The notes under the pieces are model-generated. The model saw only the letters and a program-made list of their open reading frames with translations, was not told the DNA's origin and did not search any database. From assembly GCA_964247135.1 (NCBI GenBank), contig CAXTTL010000059.1, positions 1 to 21,894 of the forward strand: DNA of 21,894 nucleotides. The letters run 5' to 3'. This stretch comes from an uncultured Deinococcales bacterium (lineage in GTDB: Bacteria; Deinococcota; Deinococci; Deinococcales; JAAFIG01). Position numbers and translations under genes: made by a program. Below are positions 8,012 through 16,714 of the stretch, one piece after another. The stretch's first letter is position 1, and each line of letters starts with the position of its first letter.

Positions 8012-10096
8012 TTAACAAATTTGGTTGATGTGCAAGACCACAAAGTCTGTGCCATCGTTGTTTTGAGGGTCTTTGGCATGAAGTCGCAAACGGAGGAAAA
8101 AATCTGCTTCGTGACAACCAACACCGAAGTCAATCGAATCGGACGGTTTCCACTTCCCAGTTGCGGGTACCGTAATCACTTTCGTGGTTGTACCAGTACC
8201 AGTTGCCACATCATAAGGGTAAGTGATGTCAAAAGACAGCGTGACTGCGCCGCCTTCAGGGTCGGTGGCATTGCCCAGAATGTCGATCACTTCATCTGGT
8301 CCAACAAAAATATTGTTGGCAGGTTTGCTGATGTTCGCCACGGGCGGCAGGTTGGCGGGCGGGTTAATCACATTCACGCTGACAGTTGCAATCGCCGTTG
8401 CCCCTCGAGCATCCGTGCCTGTTAAGGTCAGGGTACGCGCCCCGTTGGAAGAGAAGGTCACTCGAGGGTCACAACCTGTGACGGGCAGGGCATCGCCTGC
8501 GACTGAGCTTGTCCAACTGAGGCTTGTGCATGGCAGAGCGCCGAGCAGATTATGTTGCGCGTCGGTTTCGTTGGCGTCAAAACTTGTACCCAAAACCTTG
8601 TAACTGACGCCCCTGAAAAATTCTTGGCTGGCGAGCGGCGAGATCATGGAGACGGTCGGTGCTGGGTTGATGACGTTGACGGTCACGGTGGCGCTCGAGG
8701 TTTTGCCCTTGCTGTCGGTGGCGGTCGCGGTGATGGTTCGAGGCGCCAGGCTGGTGAAGGTCGCGTTCACTTGGGGTTGAAAGCCCGAAGCGGTTCCCAG
8801 TGCGCCATCCACGCTCGAGCTGAAGCTCACAGCGCAACAGGCAGCACCATCTTCGGGGTCTGAAACTTCGACCCTGAAACCGTGCCCAACGTCGCTCGAG
8901 AGACTTTCATTGGGGTTTGGAGACAGGAATTTGATGGTTGGTGCGGCGTTGGTGGACTGGGCAATTTGCGCGGTCAGGTCAAACAGGGTTGCCGAGAAGT
9001 CTTTGGTGTAACCCAAAATGTCCACATGAAGTCCAATGTCGCCCTCGACCCCGCCGAAAAGTTTCCAGACTGGATCGCGCGGAATCACGGCGTCAAAACC
9101 AAGTTTGGGAACGATGCTGACAAATGGTCCAACCACGCCGTACAGCAGGAAATCGGCACGAACCGGTAATTTGACATTCACGCTGGCGTTGACCTTAGAA
9201 TCGCCTGCGGTGGCGTCAAAACTGTTGCTGATATCCGAAATATTGTGAAAGTCATCGGTGTATTGCACGCCCGCCACGGCGCTCAGGGTTTGCGATGCCT
9301 CGAAGGTGACATCGACGCCGATAGAACCATCGAGTTTGAGTTTAATGGTAAAGATGGGTGTAATCACCACTGGAATGGGTCCAATCGAAAAAGTGATTGG
9401 CGTGAAACGATGAATGAAAATTGGGATTTCTTTGCTGGCACTGAACGCCACTTTGGCAACGATTTTTAACGAGGCTTTTTCTTGCAGACCAACCTGAAAT
9501 TTAAAATCGATGTCGGGATCGGTGCACAAAAATCCGCAATGAAAACCGATGTGCGCATTGAAAACTGGGTCAAGGCTTAGAGTGCCCGAAGCTTTGATTT
9601 GGTCGTTGGTGGTTTGGTTGTTGCCGTCCTTGTCGTAAAGCACGCTGTCAATCGAGTACGACAGTCCAACGCCTCTGGCGGCTCGAGTTTGGTGAACGCC
9701 CGCCACCAGCGGCGTGACACTTTCAGAGTCGGCTTCGGTCAAATGTTTGGAGGCATCCAGCGTGCCCGTTTTGATGACATCGCCGAGTTTGGCTTGTTCG
9801 GTCTGCACCAGGGTTTTGCCATTCGCGGTTTGGACTTGCACAACTTTGCGCAGCAATCCATTGGGCGCATTTTTGCTGGGTGCAGAAACCATCACATCCC
9901 CTGTTTTGGCGCTGACATCGCCGGTGAAGACCAGTGTGCCGTCGGCTTTAAATTCCTCGAGGGCGCTGCGGGTGCTGGGGTCGAGGACTTTGGCTTGGTC
10001 GCGCACGACCGCATCGGGGGGCGGTGGCGTGACAGGTTGCGAGCAGCCGACGAGCACCAACATCGGGAAGAACAATTTCACAATAATGTTTCGCAT
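8012..10096 (-). CDS. Large lipoprotein with a beta-rich N-terminal region and about three C-terminal Ig/PKD-like repeats
   Basis: Lipobox LVLVG-C and RBS GAGG. Repeats NAAPTIKFLSP / NPAPTVSMISP / NLPPVANISKP, with DPEDG and T.T.TATDSKG...ATVTVNV patterns. Confidence 0.75.
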   Translation of the reverse strand: MRNIIVKLFFPMLVLVGCSQPVTPPPPDAVVRDQAKVLDPSTRSALEEFKADGTLVFTGDVSAKTGDVMVSAPSKNAPNGLLRKVVQVQTANGKTLVQTEQAKLGDVIKTGTLDASKHLTEADSESVTPLVAGVHQTRAARGVGLSYSIDSVLYDKDGNNQTTNDQIKASGTLSLDPVFNAHIGFHCGFLCTDPDIDFKFQVGLQEKASLKIVAKVAFSASKEIPIFIHRFTPITFSIGPIPVVITPIFTIKLKLDGSIGVDVTFEASQTLSAVAGVQYTDDFHNISDISNSFDATAGDSKVNASVNVKLPVRADFLLYGVVGPFVSIVPKLGFDAVIPRDPVWKLFGGVEGDIGLHVDILGYTKDFSATLFDLTAQIAQSTNAAPTIKFLSPNPNESLSSDVGHGFRVEVSDPEDGAACCAVSFSSSVDGALGTASGFQPQVNATFTSLAPRTITATATDSKGKTSSATVTVNVINPAPTVSMISPLASQEFFRGVSYKVLGTSFDANETDAQHNLLGALPCTSLSWTSSVAGDALPVTGCDPRVTFSSNGARTLTLTGTDARGATAIATVSVNVINPPANLPPVANISKPANNIFVGPDEVIDILGNATDPEGGAVTLSFDITYPYDVATGTGTTTKVITVPATGKWKPSDSIDFGVGCHEADFFLRLRLHAKDPQNNDGTDFVVLHINQIC

Positions 10097-10137
10097 GGTT
10101 CACCTCTTCTAAACAAGAATTCTTGAAAGCTCGAGCG

Positions 10138-11799
10138 TTAACGACCAATCACAATCTGATTTTCGGTACAGAATGAACCCGTTTTTCCAGCCGTCATGGC
10201 TTTACCACCAACGTCAAAACCTGTGCTTAAATTCCAGGCGACTGTTTTGCCGTAACCATATGGCGAACTTGGTGTGTAAGTCATGACCGTTAAATCGGTA
10301 TTCCAAGAGATTGAGCCACTAACAAATGCTGCGCCGTTGACTGTCAAGCTAAACGCCGTGCCAGTGTCGTTCCTCATCGGTTCGGAAAAAGTGATGTTGA
10401 TTGGTGAACTGACTCCAGCATTGCAAATAAAGGGTGTCACCGGACTCACCTTGATGATTCGGGGTGGCGCGTCTTTGGTGGCGAAACTGAACTGCGCTGC
10501 CGCAAGCATGGGGTTTCCGGCAAGGTCAACGACCCCAGTTCCTATTGTGATGCTGTAAGCGCTCAGTTGCTCGAGGAAGGTTTTGGAAACGCATTTGGCG
10601 GAGTTGAGTGTCCAAGTCCAGGTGCAAGCGATTGGCGGCGCACTGAGGAAGGCTGCCTCGGCGCTGGCATGATCGACGGCTTCGCTGAAATCGAAACGGA
10701 TCGTGGCAATATTGTCCAGACTCAGATTCTCGAGCACCCCTAACACGGTGGGCGCGGTGGTGTCTGGCGGAATTGGCACGGAGAACTCGAGGGTGTTGCG
10801 CCCAGTTAAGACGTTGCCCGCCAGGTCTTTGACGATCAACGTGAGGACGAACGTTCCGCCGCCAGAGAACAAATCGGCGCTTGGGGTGAAGGTCGCAACG
10901 GTGTTGCCCGCGCTGAAAACTGGCGTGCCGAGCTTGGTCAAATTCAGGCTTCCCGCTGGGCAGGTGCTGGCGTTTTTGGTGCAACCGTCTAGCGCAAAGA
11001 CGCCAGTGTCAATCGGTTCTGAAAACGTGAACTTTAGCGTCTGCACCAAGGTCAAATTGCTTGCCAAGTTCGCGGGGTCGCTCGAGAGTAATGTCGGCGG
11101 CGTGACATCTTTGGGCGTGACCGAAGCGACGACTGATCGCGGTGAGTGGTTGCCGCTTAAATCTTGGGCATCCAGGGCAAAAAAGTAGGTTTTGCCGTTG
11201 GTCAAACCCGTGACGGTGGTAGAGATGCCAGGTTTAGCCACAAACACCGAACTGACCACGTTGTCGGCGCTCTCACCCAGAAAGACGTTGTACCCCGCCA
11301 GGTCGGTTTCGGTGTTGGCGGTCCACTCGAGCAAGAATTGATTTTCGCCGGCTGTGGCTTTGAGGTTTGCCGGCACGTTGGGCGGCGTGGTGTCGGGCGC
11401 AACCACCGTTTGAAAACTGATGGTTTTGGTTCCCGTCAAGGCGTTGCCCGCCAAATCTTTGCCCTCAACACTTAACGTGTAACTCGAGCCGAGTTGCCAG
11501 TCGCCTGGCGGGTCAAACGCCACCGTGCTGGCATCGCCCCAAACGGGAGTTCCAAGCACTATCGGCAAGCTCGAGCTGACCTGCACCGAATTTTGCTGCA
11601 TCGCTTCGGAAAAGGTGATCGCCAAGACCGCCGACTTGGAAACGTGGCTCGAGCCGCTGGCGGGCGAACTCGAGAGCATGGTGGGCGCGGTGGTGTCTGG
11701 CGGCGGGGATTGCGGGCAGGCGTTGAGTCCCAAAAGCAAACCGAACGTGACCAGCAATCGTTGCAGGGTTGTGGATTTCAAAACTTTTATGACGTTCAT
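10138..11799 (-). CDS. Lipoprotein with four Big_5/SbsA-like Ig domains and one fibronectin-III domain
   Basis: Start reassigned to ATG 11799 (GGAGG RBS), lipobox LGLNA-C. Repeats of DTTAPT...TFSE...DLAGN, and the FN3 signature PANLKATAG..LEW...DLAGYNV...GLTNGKTYFFAL.A.D.SGN.S. Confidence 0.85.
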   Translation of the reverse strand: MNVIKVLKSTTLQRLLVTFGLLLGLNACPQSPPPDTTAPTMLSSSPASGSSHVSKSAVLAITFSEAMQQNSVQVSSSLPIVLGTPVWGDASTVAFDPPGDWQLGSSYTLSVEGKDLAGNALTGTKTISFQTVVAPDTTPPNVPANLKATAGENQFLLEWTANTETDLAGYNVFLGESADNVVSSVFVAKPGISTTVTGLTNGKTYFFALDAQDLSGNHSPRSVVASVTPKDVTPPTLLSSDPANLASNLTLVQTLKFTFSEPIDTGVFALDGCTKNASTCPAGSLNLTKLGTPVFSAGNTVATFTPSADLFSGGGTFVLTLIVKDLAGNVLTGRNTLEFSVPIPPDTTAPTVLGVLENLSLDNIATIRFDFSEAVDHASAEAAFLSAPPIACTWTWTLNSAKCVSKTFLEQLSAYSITIGTGVVDLAGNPMLAAAQFSFATKDAPPRIIKVSPVTPFICNAGVSSPINITFSEPMRNDTGTAFSLTVNGAAFVSGSISWNTDLTVMTYTPSSPYGYGKTVAWNLSTGFDVGGKAMTAGKTGSFCTENQIVIGR

Positions 11800-11993
11800 A
11801 TTCAAGACCTCCCAAATCCTGGACGCTCGAGTTTGCAGGCTCGGGCTGGGTTCAGTTTGGGAGATCAACGGTCACATGGCGGTAACAGGAACGAATTTTT
11901 ATTTGCTGGATTGAATTTTTTCGAGATTCAAAACGTGTTGCTCGATGGTTAAGGTTTGACGCCAAACAGACGCTCGTCAAATTTCCAGTCGAG

Positions 11994-12134
11994 TCATAGG
12001 GAATTAACGAGAACACTCCGTTATTCCGCTTCGCTCCATAACTCCGTTAACCTCGTTGATTCCGTACTTTTGCCACTCCCGTTGGTCGGGGGAACAGTCG
12101 ATAAAGCATGACTGTTCCCCGCAATTTGGTATCA
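11994..12134 (-). mobile_element. Structured 141-bp non-autonomous repeat element (Deinococcus SRE/SNR-like, MITE/REP-like)
   Basis: Termini TCATA / TATCA. Long hairpin 11997-12066, perfect 11-bp stem GGGGAACAGTC (12089-12099) / GACTGTTCCCC (12110-12120), and minus-strand motif CCGACCAACGGGAG. Resemblance to Deinococcota small repeats is from recall; single copy in this window. Confidence 0.55.
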
Positions 12135-12229
12135 AACATAAAAGCCTGGTTGGGTAAAGCCACCAATATCCGTGTAGCCTGTAAAGTTAAAGCCTACGCT
12201 CAGCACAAGCCCATTCAAGACTTTAAAGC

Positions 12230-12261
12230 AAAAAAGAATCCCCGAGAACAGGGATTCTTTT
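12230..12261 (-). terminator. Intrinsic terminator downstream of era (probably bidirectional)
   Basis: AAAAGAATCCC (12232-12242) / GGGATTCTTTT (12251-12261), with a T6 run on the minus strand, 20 nt after the era stop. Confidence 0.8.
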
Positions 12262-12281
12262 CAATATTACTGGCTCGAGTT

Positions 12282-13220
12282 TTATTCGTAACCCAGTTCG
12301 CGCAACGCCTCTTGGTCGCTGCGCCAGTCTGGAATCACGATCACTTCCAAACCCAAGAACACCCGCCCCGACAAGAAAACCTCGAGCTGCTTGCGGGTAC
12401 GTTGCCCAATTTTTTTGATCATCGCGCCGCCCTTGCCGATCACCATGCTACGGTGCTGCATTTTTTCGACAATGATCTCGGCTTGGATCATGTTCATGCC
12501 GTCCGCCCGTTGTTCCCAAGAGGTCACGCGGGTTGCCACAGTGTACGGCAGTTCCTCATAGAGGGCTTTCATGGCTTCCTCGCGGATCAGTTCGGCAGCC
12601 CAGACCTCTTTGGGTTGATCGGATTTGCCCGAGCCTGGAAAGAAAAACGGGTTTTTGGGCAGCACCGCCATGACTTCCTCGAGCAGCCCCGCCACCGCAT
12701 TCCAATCGTTCTGGGCGCTTAAGCGCACCTGATTAAACTCGGTTTGATCGAGCAGTTTGATGTAATGGTTCATGGCTTCGTCTGGGTATTTTGCCGCGTC
12801 CAGCTTGTTGCCCACCACCCAGAGCGGTCTGGAAAAACCTTTTAAGGCTCGAGCCACCATCGCGTCCTCATCGGCGGGCGGGCGGCGCAAGTCCACCACC
12901 CAGATCACGGCGTCCACGTCGGCGAGCGCGGAATGCACCTCGTCGTTCATGTACTTGCCCAGCGCATCTTTGGGCTTGTGAACGCCTGGGGTGTCCACGA
13001 AGACCGCTTGGCGGTTGCCAATGGTAGATATCCCCCGAACGCCGCGCCGCGTGGTTTGTGGACGGTCTGTCACGGGTGCGATCTTCACGCCCATCATGGC
13101 GTTTAAGAATGTGGACTTGCCGACGTTGGGCTTGCCCACAATCGCCACAAAGCCAGCGTAGGTATTGGGGTTGGTGATGTCTGTTTGGAGGTCATCACTC
13201 GGAATTCTCGAGTCAGTCAT
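12282..13220 (-). CDS. era: GTPase Era
   Basis: [15 protein letters not shown] (G1), PQTTR (G2), DTPG (G3), NKLD (G4), and a C-terminal KH domain (ELIRE, EELPY, VIGKGG). Confidence 0.97.
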   Translation of the reverse strand: MTDSRIPSDDLQTDITNPNTYAGFVAIVGKPNVGKSTFLNAMMGVKIAPVTDRPQTTRRGVRGISTIGNRQAVFVDTPGVHKPKDALGKYMNDEVHSALADVDAVIWVVDLRRPPADEDAMVARALKGFSRPLWVVGNKLDAAKYPDEAMNHYIKLLDQTEFNQVRLSAQNDWNAVAGLLEEVMAVLPKNPFFFPGSGKSDQPKEVWAAELIREEAMKALYEELPYTVATRVTSWEQRADGMNMIQAEIIVEKMQHRSMVIGKGGAMIKKIGQRTRKQLEVFLSGRVFLGLEVIVIPDWRSDQEALRELGYE

Positions 13221-13311
13221 AGAGCGTTAGTATCTCACTCGAGTTTGGTTCTGAATAGAGCAAATGACCCATATGTTCAGACCGCCTAAATTTTGGTAAT
13301 CTCGAGAGACT

Positions 13312-13635
13312 ATGGGAAACGCTCGCCGTGAAGAGAAATTAAGCCGTCGTCAAGAAGAACAAAAGTTGCTCGAGGCACAAAAACATCCGTTCAAAGCCGC
13401 CATGAAAGAATTCACGCTCGCCAATTATTTTGCCGTGCTCAAACGAACCTGGTGGAAGGTGTTGCTGGCGTTCGCGGGCGTGTTGTTCCTGCGTTTGATC
13501 CTGATTAAACTGGGCGTCAAATTTTTTGAAACCGAGGCGGGTTTGAACGTTCTGTTCATTCCAACCGTGATCCTGACCGCCTTCTGGTCACAGCAAGCCA
13601 GCGTGAATGTGCGGTCTGAAATCAACAAAAAATGA
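13312..13635 (+). CDS. Small hypothetical membrane protein (two predicted TM segments)
   Basis: Charged N-terminus and two hydrophobic stretches. Its stop overlaps the Nudix start. TGgTAATCT -10-like element upstream. Confidence 0.7.
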   Translation: MGNARREEKLSRRQEEQKLLEAQKHPFKAAMKEFTLANYFAVLKRTWWKVLLAFAGVLFLRLILIKLGVKFFETEAGLNVLFIPTVILTAFWSQQASVNVRSEINKK

Positions 13636-14090
13636 ACCTCGAGCCACCTTACGGAGGGACTGCCACCAGCCTGCGGGTCAGCGCCACAGCTTTCATTCGT
13701 GATGAGGCTGGGCGTGTGCTTTTGCAGCAACGCAGCGACAATGGATTCTGGAATTTACCTGGTGGCGGACTGGAGCTTGGCGAATCTGTCGCGCAGGCTT
13801 GCGTGCGTGAAGTGCGCGAGGAGACAGGTTTGGAGGTCGAAATTGTCAGGTTGATCGGTGTCTATTCCGCACCCGAGATCACCACCATGTCTTATCCAGA
13901 CGGACGCGTGATTCAGTACGTCACCAGCTTGTTTGAATGTAAAGTCATTGGCGGCAAACTCGAGCTTGATGCCGAATCTTTGGCGCTCGAATGGTTTGAC
14001 CCGCTCGAGCTGCCAGAGCCGTTTAGCCCAAATCATGTTTCGCGCCTGCAAGATGCGCTGGCTGGACAGGTTGCCGCGTTCTGGCGTTGA
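13632..14090 (+). CDS. Nudix hydrolase
   Basis: Nudix box GGGLELGESVAQACVREVREETGL. Confidence 0.93.
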   Translation: MNLEPPYGGTATSLRVSATAFIRDEAGRVLLQQRSDNGFWNLPGGGLELGESVAQACVREVREETGLEVEIVRLIGVYSAPEITTMSYPDGRVIQYVTSLFECKVIGGKLELDAESLALEWFDPLELPEPFSPNHVSRLQDALAGQVAAFWR

Positions 14091-14100
14091 GGCTCGAGCT

Positions 14101-14829
14101 TTAAATGTCCTGATTTTGCGGCAGCATCACCAGATCACGAATCGTGATATGACGTGGCAGGGACAGCATGTAAACCACCGCATCGGCAACATCTTCAGAC
14201 CTCAAACCAGCGTGTTCGCTGACTTTTTGTTCGATCAATTCTGGCGTCAATTCTCCCCACAAATCGTTCAGTACAATTCCTGGGGCAATCGAACCCACCC
14301 GCACACCTTTGGCGGCAACCTGACGCCGCAGGGCATGAACGAAAGCCTGAATCGCGTGTTTGCTGGCGCTGTAGACGGGTTCCCAGTGAATGGTTTCATG
14401 CCCCGAGATCGAACTGGTCACCAAAATATCGCCCGTCTCTCGCTCGAGCATGTGCGGCAAGACCGCCCGCACGCAGCGCAACACCCCGTTGACGTTGGTG
14501 TCCATCAGTTGCGCCCAGTCGTCGGGGTTGCCCTCGCTGACCTGCCCAGGCACGTAAATTCCGGCGTTGGCAAACAGCACATCGATCTGCCCGAAATGCG
14601 CCAGGGTTCGTTCGACCATGTTGCTGACATCATTGGCTTTGGTGACATCGGTTGGCACAAACAACGCTGCCGCACCGATTGCGACTTGGAGTTCCTCGAG
14701 CTTTTGGGTTGAACGGGCAGCCAAGGTCAGTTTTGCACCGCAGTTTGCGAGTGCCAGGGCGCTGGCTTTGCCGATACCAGAACTCGCGCCGGTCACGATG
14801 ATGACTTTACCCTCGAGCGGATGGTTCAT
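14101..14829 (-). CDS. Short-chain dehydrogenase, ribitol 2-dehydrogenase (RbtD)-like
   Basis: TGASSGIG, ANAG and YSASK catalytic motif. Segments EGNPDDW, RCVRAVLPHM, GDI and WEPVYSASK.AIQAFVH..RRQV are characteristic of RbtD as I recall it. Substrate unproven. Confidence 0.85.
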   Translation of the reverse strand: MNHPLEGKVIIVTGASSGIGKASALALANCGAKLTLAARSTQKLEELQVAIGAAALFVPTDVTKANDVSNMVERTLAHFGQIDVLFANAGIYVPGQVSEGNPDDWAQLMDTNVNGVLRCVRAVLPHMLERETGDILVTSSISGHETIHWEPVYSASKHAIQAFVHALRRQVAAKGVRVGSIAPGIVLNDLWGELTPELIEQKVSEHAGLRSEDVADAVVYMLSLPRHITIRDLVMLPQNQDI

Positions 14830-14848
14830 GGTTTATCCTAGACAATTT

Positions 14849-15139
14849 TCAGTTGGTTTGGGTTCTCGCGCCCGATTCGCGCACCGCAACTTCCTGAATT
14901 TCACCAAAACTGGCTTCATAACGCCTGATGTTTTCGGCAAGCGCCTGAAGAAAGGCTTTGGCGTGACGCGGGCTGGTAATGGTCCTCGAGACGACCTGCG
15001 CGGGTTGACCTGGGAGGCTGAACGCAAAGTCGAAGACGAATTCGTTGGCGGTGTGCGAGATCAGGGCAAAATTGGAAAATTTGCCTTGCGCAGTTTCGGC
15101 GCTCAAATCCAAACGAACTTCACCTTGGTTGTCATTCAT
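14849..15139 (-). CDS. DUF3467 family protein
   Basis: Pattern FSNFALISHT..EFVFDF...PG.PAQVVSR.ITSP.HAKAFL.AL.ENI.RYE..FGEI. Confidence 0.85.
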   Translation of the reverse strand: MNDNQGEVRLDLSAETAQGKFSNFALISHTANEFVFDFAFSLPGQPAQVVSRTITSPRHAKAFLQALAENIRRYEASFGEIQEVAVRESGARTQTN

Positions 15140-15224
15140 GGACTCACTCTGTCAGAAAACGGAAGCGGTGATTGGGAGGCAACATTGATTTGCATTTCGA
15201 GGCATTGAATGACACCATAAACCC

Positions 15225-16040
15225 ATGAAAAAACACTTCCAAAGATTCGTGCTTTTAATGTCGATTTTTGCGGTTTGGAATGTGATGGCTTCAGGGCAAA
15301 CCCTGAATTTAAAAGCGGCTCGAGAGTTGATGCCAGTGTTGTGCGAGGCTGGCAAGTCGGCTTTTGTTGAAAAAACAAAGAAAAATACTTTTTTGCGTTG
15401 CAATCCTTGCCCTTCGTTTACGGGTTTTGCTGGCGACGGTGAGAGTTTAAGTTTGACGAACGTGATCTTTGCCAAACCACTGCGCAAATCCGAAACCTTG
15501 GCGATCATGGATGTCAGCGGTTGCGAGCCGCACGTGACCAACTTTGGCGGCACGGTCTTGTTGCGTTGGCTTGGGTTGACCAAATGGGCATTTGTTCGTT
15601 ACGACGCGGGTCGGCGCACCGACGACTGCTTGAAATTTTCGGGTCGTGACGGACTTGATCGGCTGGTTTGCCAGAATGGTTATGGCAACCAAGGTTTTAA
15701 CACCCAGGGCGTGACGCTCGAGAATTTCGCGCCAAAACAGGAGGGCGTCGATTTGCTGCGGGTGGCGTCCAACGCTGGACAATGTTTTGATGACAAGCTT
15801 TACGATTTCGAGATTCTGTCCATGCTCGCTCGAGATTTAAACCGTGATGGTCGCAAGGATTTATTGCTCGAGGTGCGAGAACGTCATTTTGCCGCACCTA
15901 AAAATTGGAATTGCGGTGATGATGTTCCTTGGGGAACTTCCAAACTTCACACGCTCGAGTTTATGTTTGATGGTTTGCGCTTTACGCCAAACAAACGCAC
16001 GGCGGCACTGGTGGCGTACTTTAAAAAATTCTCAATCTGA
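15225..16040 (+). CDS. Secreted Cys-rich hypothetical protein with one DxNxDGxxD loop
   Basis: Sec-type signal peptide (MKKHFQRFVLLMSIFAVWNVMA), 8 cysteines, and DLNRDGRKDLLL. Confidence 0.75.
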   Translation: MKKHFQRFVLLMSIFAVWNVMASGQTLNLKAARELMPVLCEAGKSAFVEKTKKNTFLRCNPCPSFTGFAGDGESLSLTNVIFAKPLRKSETLAIMDVSGCEPHVTNFGGTVLLRWLGLTKWAFVRYDAGRRTDDCLKFSGRDGLDRLVCQNGYGNQGFNTQGVTLENFAPKQEGVDLLRVASNAGQCFDDKLYDFEILSMLARDLNRDGRKDLLLEVRERHFAAPKNWNCGDDVPWGTSKLHTLEFMFDGLRFTPNKRTAALVAYFKKFSI

Positions 16041-16099
16041 GGACATGTTCAGGACTCGAGATTTTTCTTGTACCGCCACCAAATTCGCCTTGAAACTCG

Positions 16100-16133
16100 A
16101 GTTGACGCTTGCCTTTTGAGGCGAGTGTCAATT
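16100..16133 (+). terminator. Long hairpin downstream of the secreted-protein gene (possible terminator or processing stem)
   Basis: TTGACGCTTGCCT-TTTG-AGGCGAGTGTCAA is fully paired on the plus strand with two G-U pairs. Weak U-tract. Confidence 0.45.
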
Positions 16134-16142
16134 AAACTAATT

Positions 16143-16159
16143 TTACGCTATTTGCAAAA
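16143..16159. promoter_or_regulatory. Candidate RDRM (DdrO-box)-like 17-mer
   Basis: TTACGC-TATTT-GCAAAA resembles the TT(A/C)(T/C)G(T/C)-N5-(A/G)C(G/A)(T/G)AA pattern and lies upstream of a DinB-like gene. Confidence 0.35.
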
Positions 16160-16230
16160 ATAGATTCAAAAATATGCTTAAAATTCGATCTCAGCTCAAG
16201 TCACCTTGGTTAACCCAGACAGGAGATTTT

Positions 16231-16689
16231 ATGCAAACCGACAACATTGCCAGCCCAATCATCACAAACGCCCTGCTTCGCGCTTTGGAGATGGTATTCA
16301 AAGGCGATGAAGCCAATCAAGGTTGGATGAATGGCATTTTGTTCTCGCTGGAGCATTTAAGCGCCGAGAACGCCTCGAGATCACCCGCCGAAGGTCGTCC
16401 AACCCCAGCCGCGCACGTCGATCACATTTGCGTAACCTTGCAAGCGGTACAAGCCTCGTCAAAAGGTCAACAAACCGAAATGGACTTTGGAGCCAGTTGG
16501 AACATCGGCATGGTGACACCAAGGCAGTGGGACGATTTAAAAGCAACAGTTCGCGCAGAATACGAAAACACCCAAGATGCAATTCGCAACGAAGCCACTT
16601 GGACTGAAGATAACTTGACATATGCCATTAATAATGTGGCTCATGTTGCCTACCATGCCAGCGCAATACGACAACTGATCAAACTCTAA
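16231..16689 (+). CDS. DinB/YfiT-like four-helix bundle protein
   Basis: SLEHLSAENAS, AAHVDH and HVAYHASAIRQL histidine pattern. Start at ATG 16231 after AGGAG (16221-16225). Confidence 0.8.
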   Translation: MQTDNIASPIITNALLRALEMVFKGDEANQGWMNGILFSLEHLSAENASRSPAEGRPTPAAHVDHICVTLQAVQASSKGQQTEMDFGASWNIGMVTPRQWDDLKATVRAEYENTQDAIRNEATWTEDNLTYAINNVAHVAYHASAIRQLIKL

Positions 16690-16714
16690 AGCTCGAGCTT
16701 TAAAGGAGTGAACC

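Noticed and set aside
12140-12212. Cluster of AAGCC/TAGCC words between the repeat element and the era terminator
   Set aside because: Irregular spacing and very short words; no structure can be supported.
12108-12722. 204-aa plus-strand ORF starting inside the structured element (possible transposase)
   Set aside because: It runs through the era terminator and antisense to era, and has no HUH or DDE motif.
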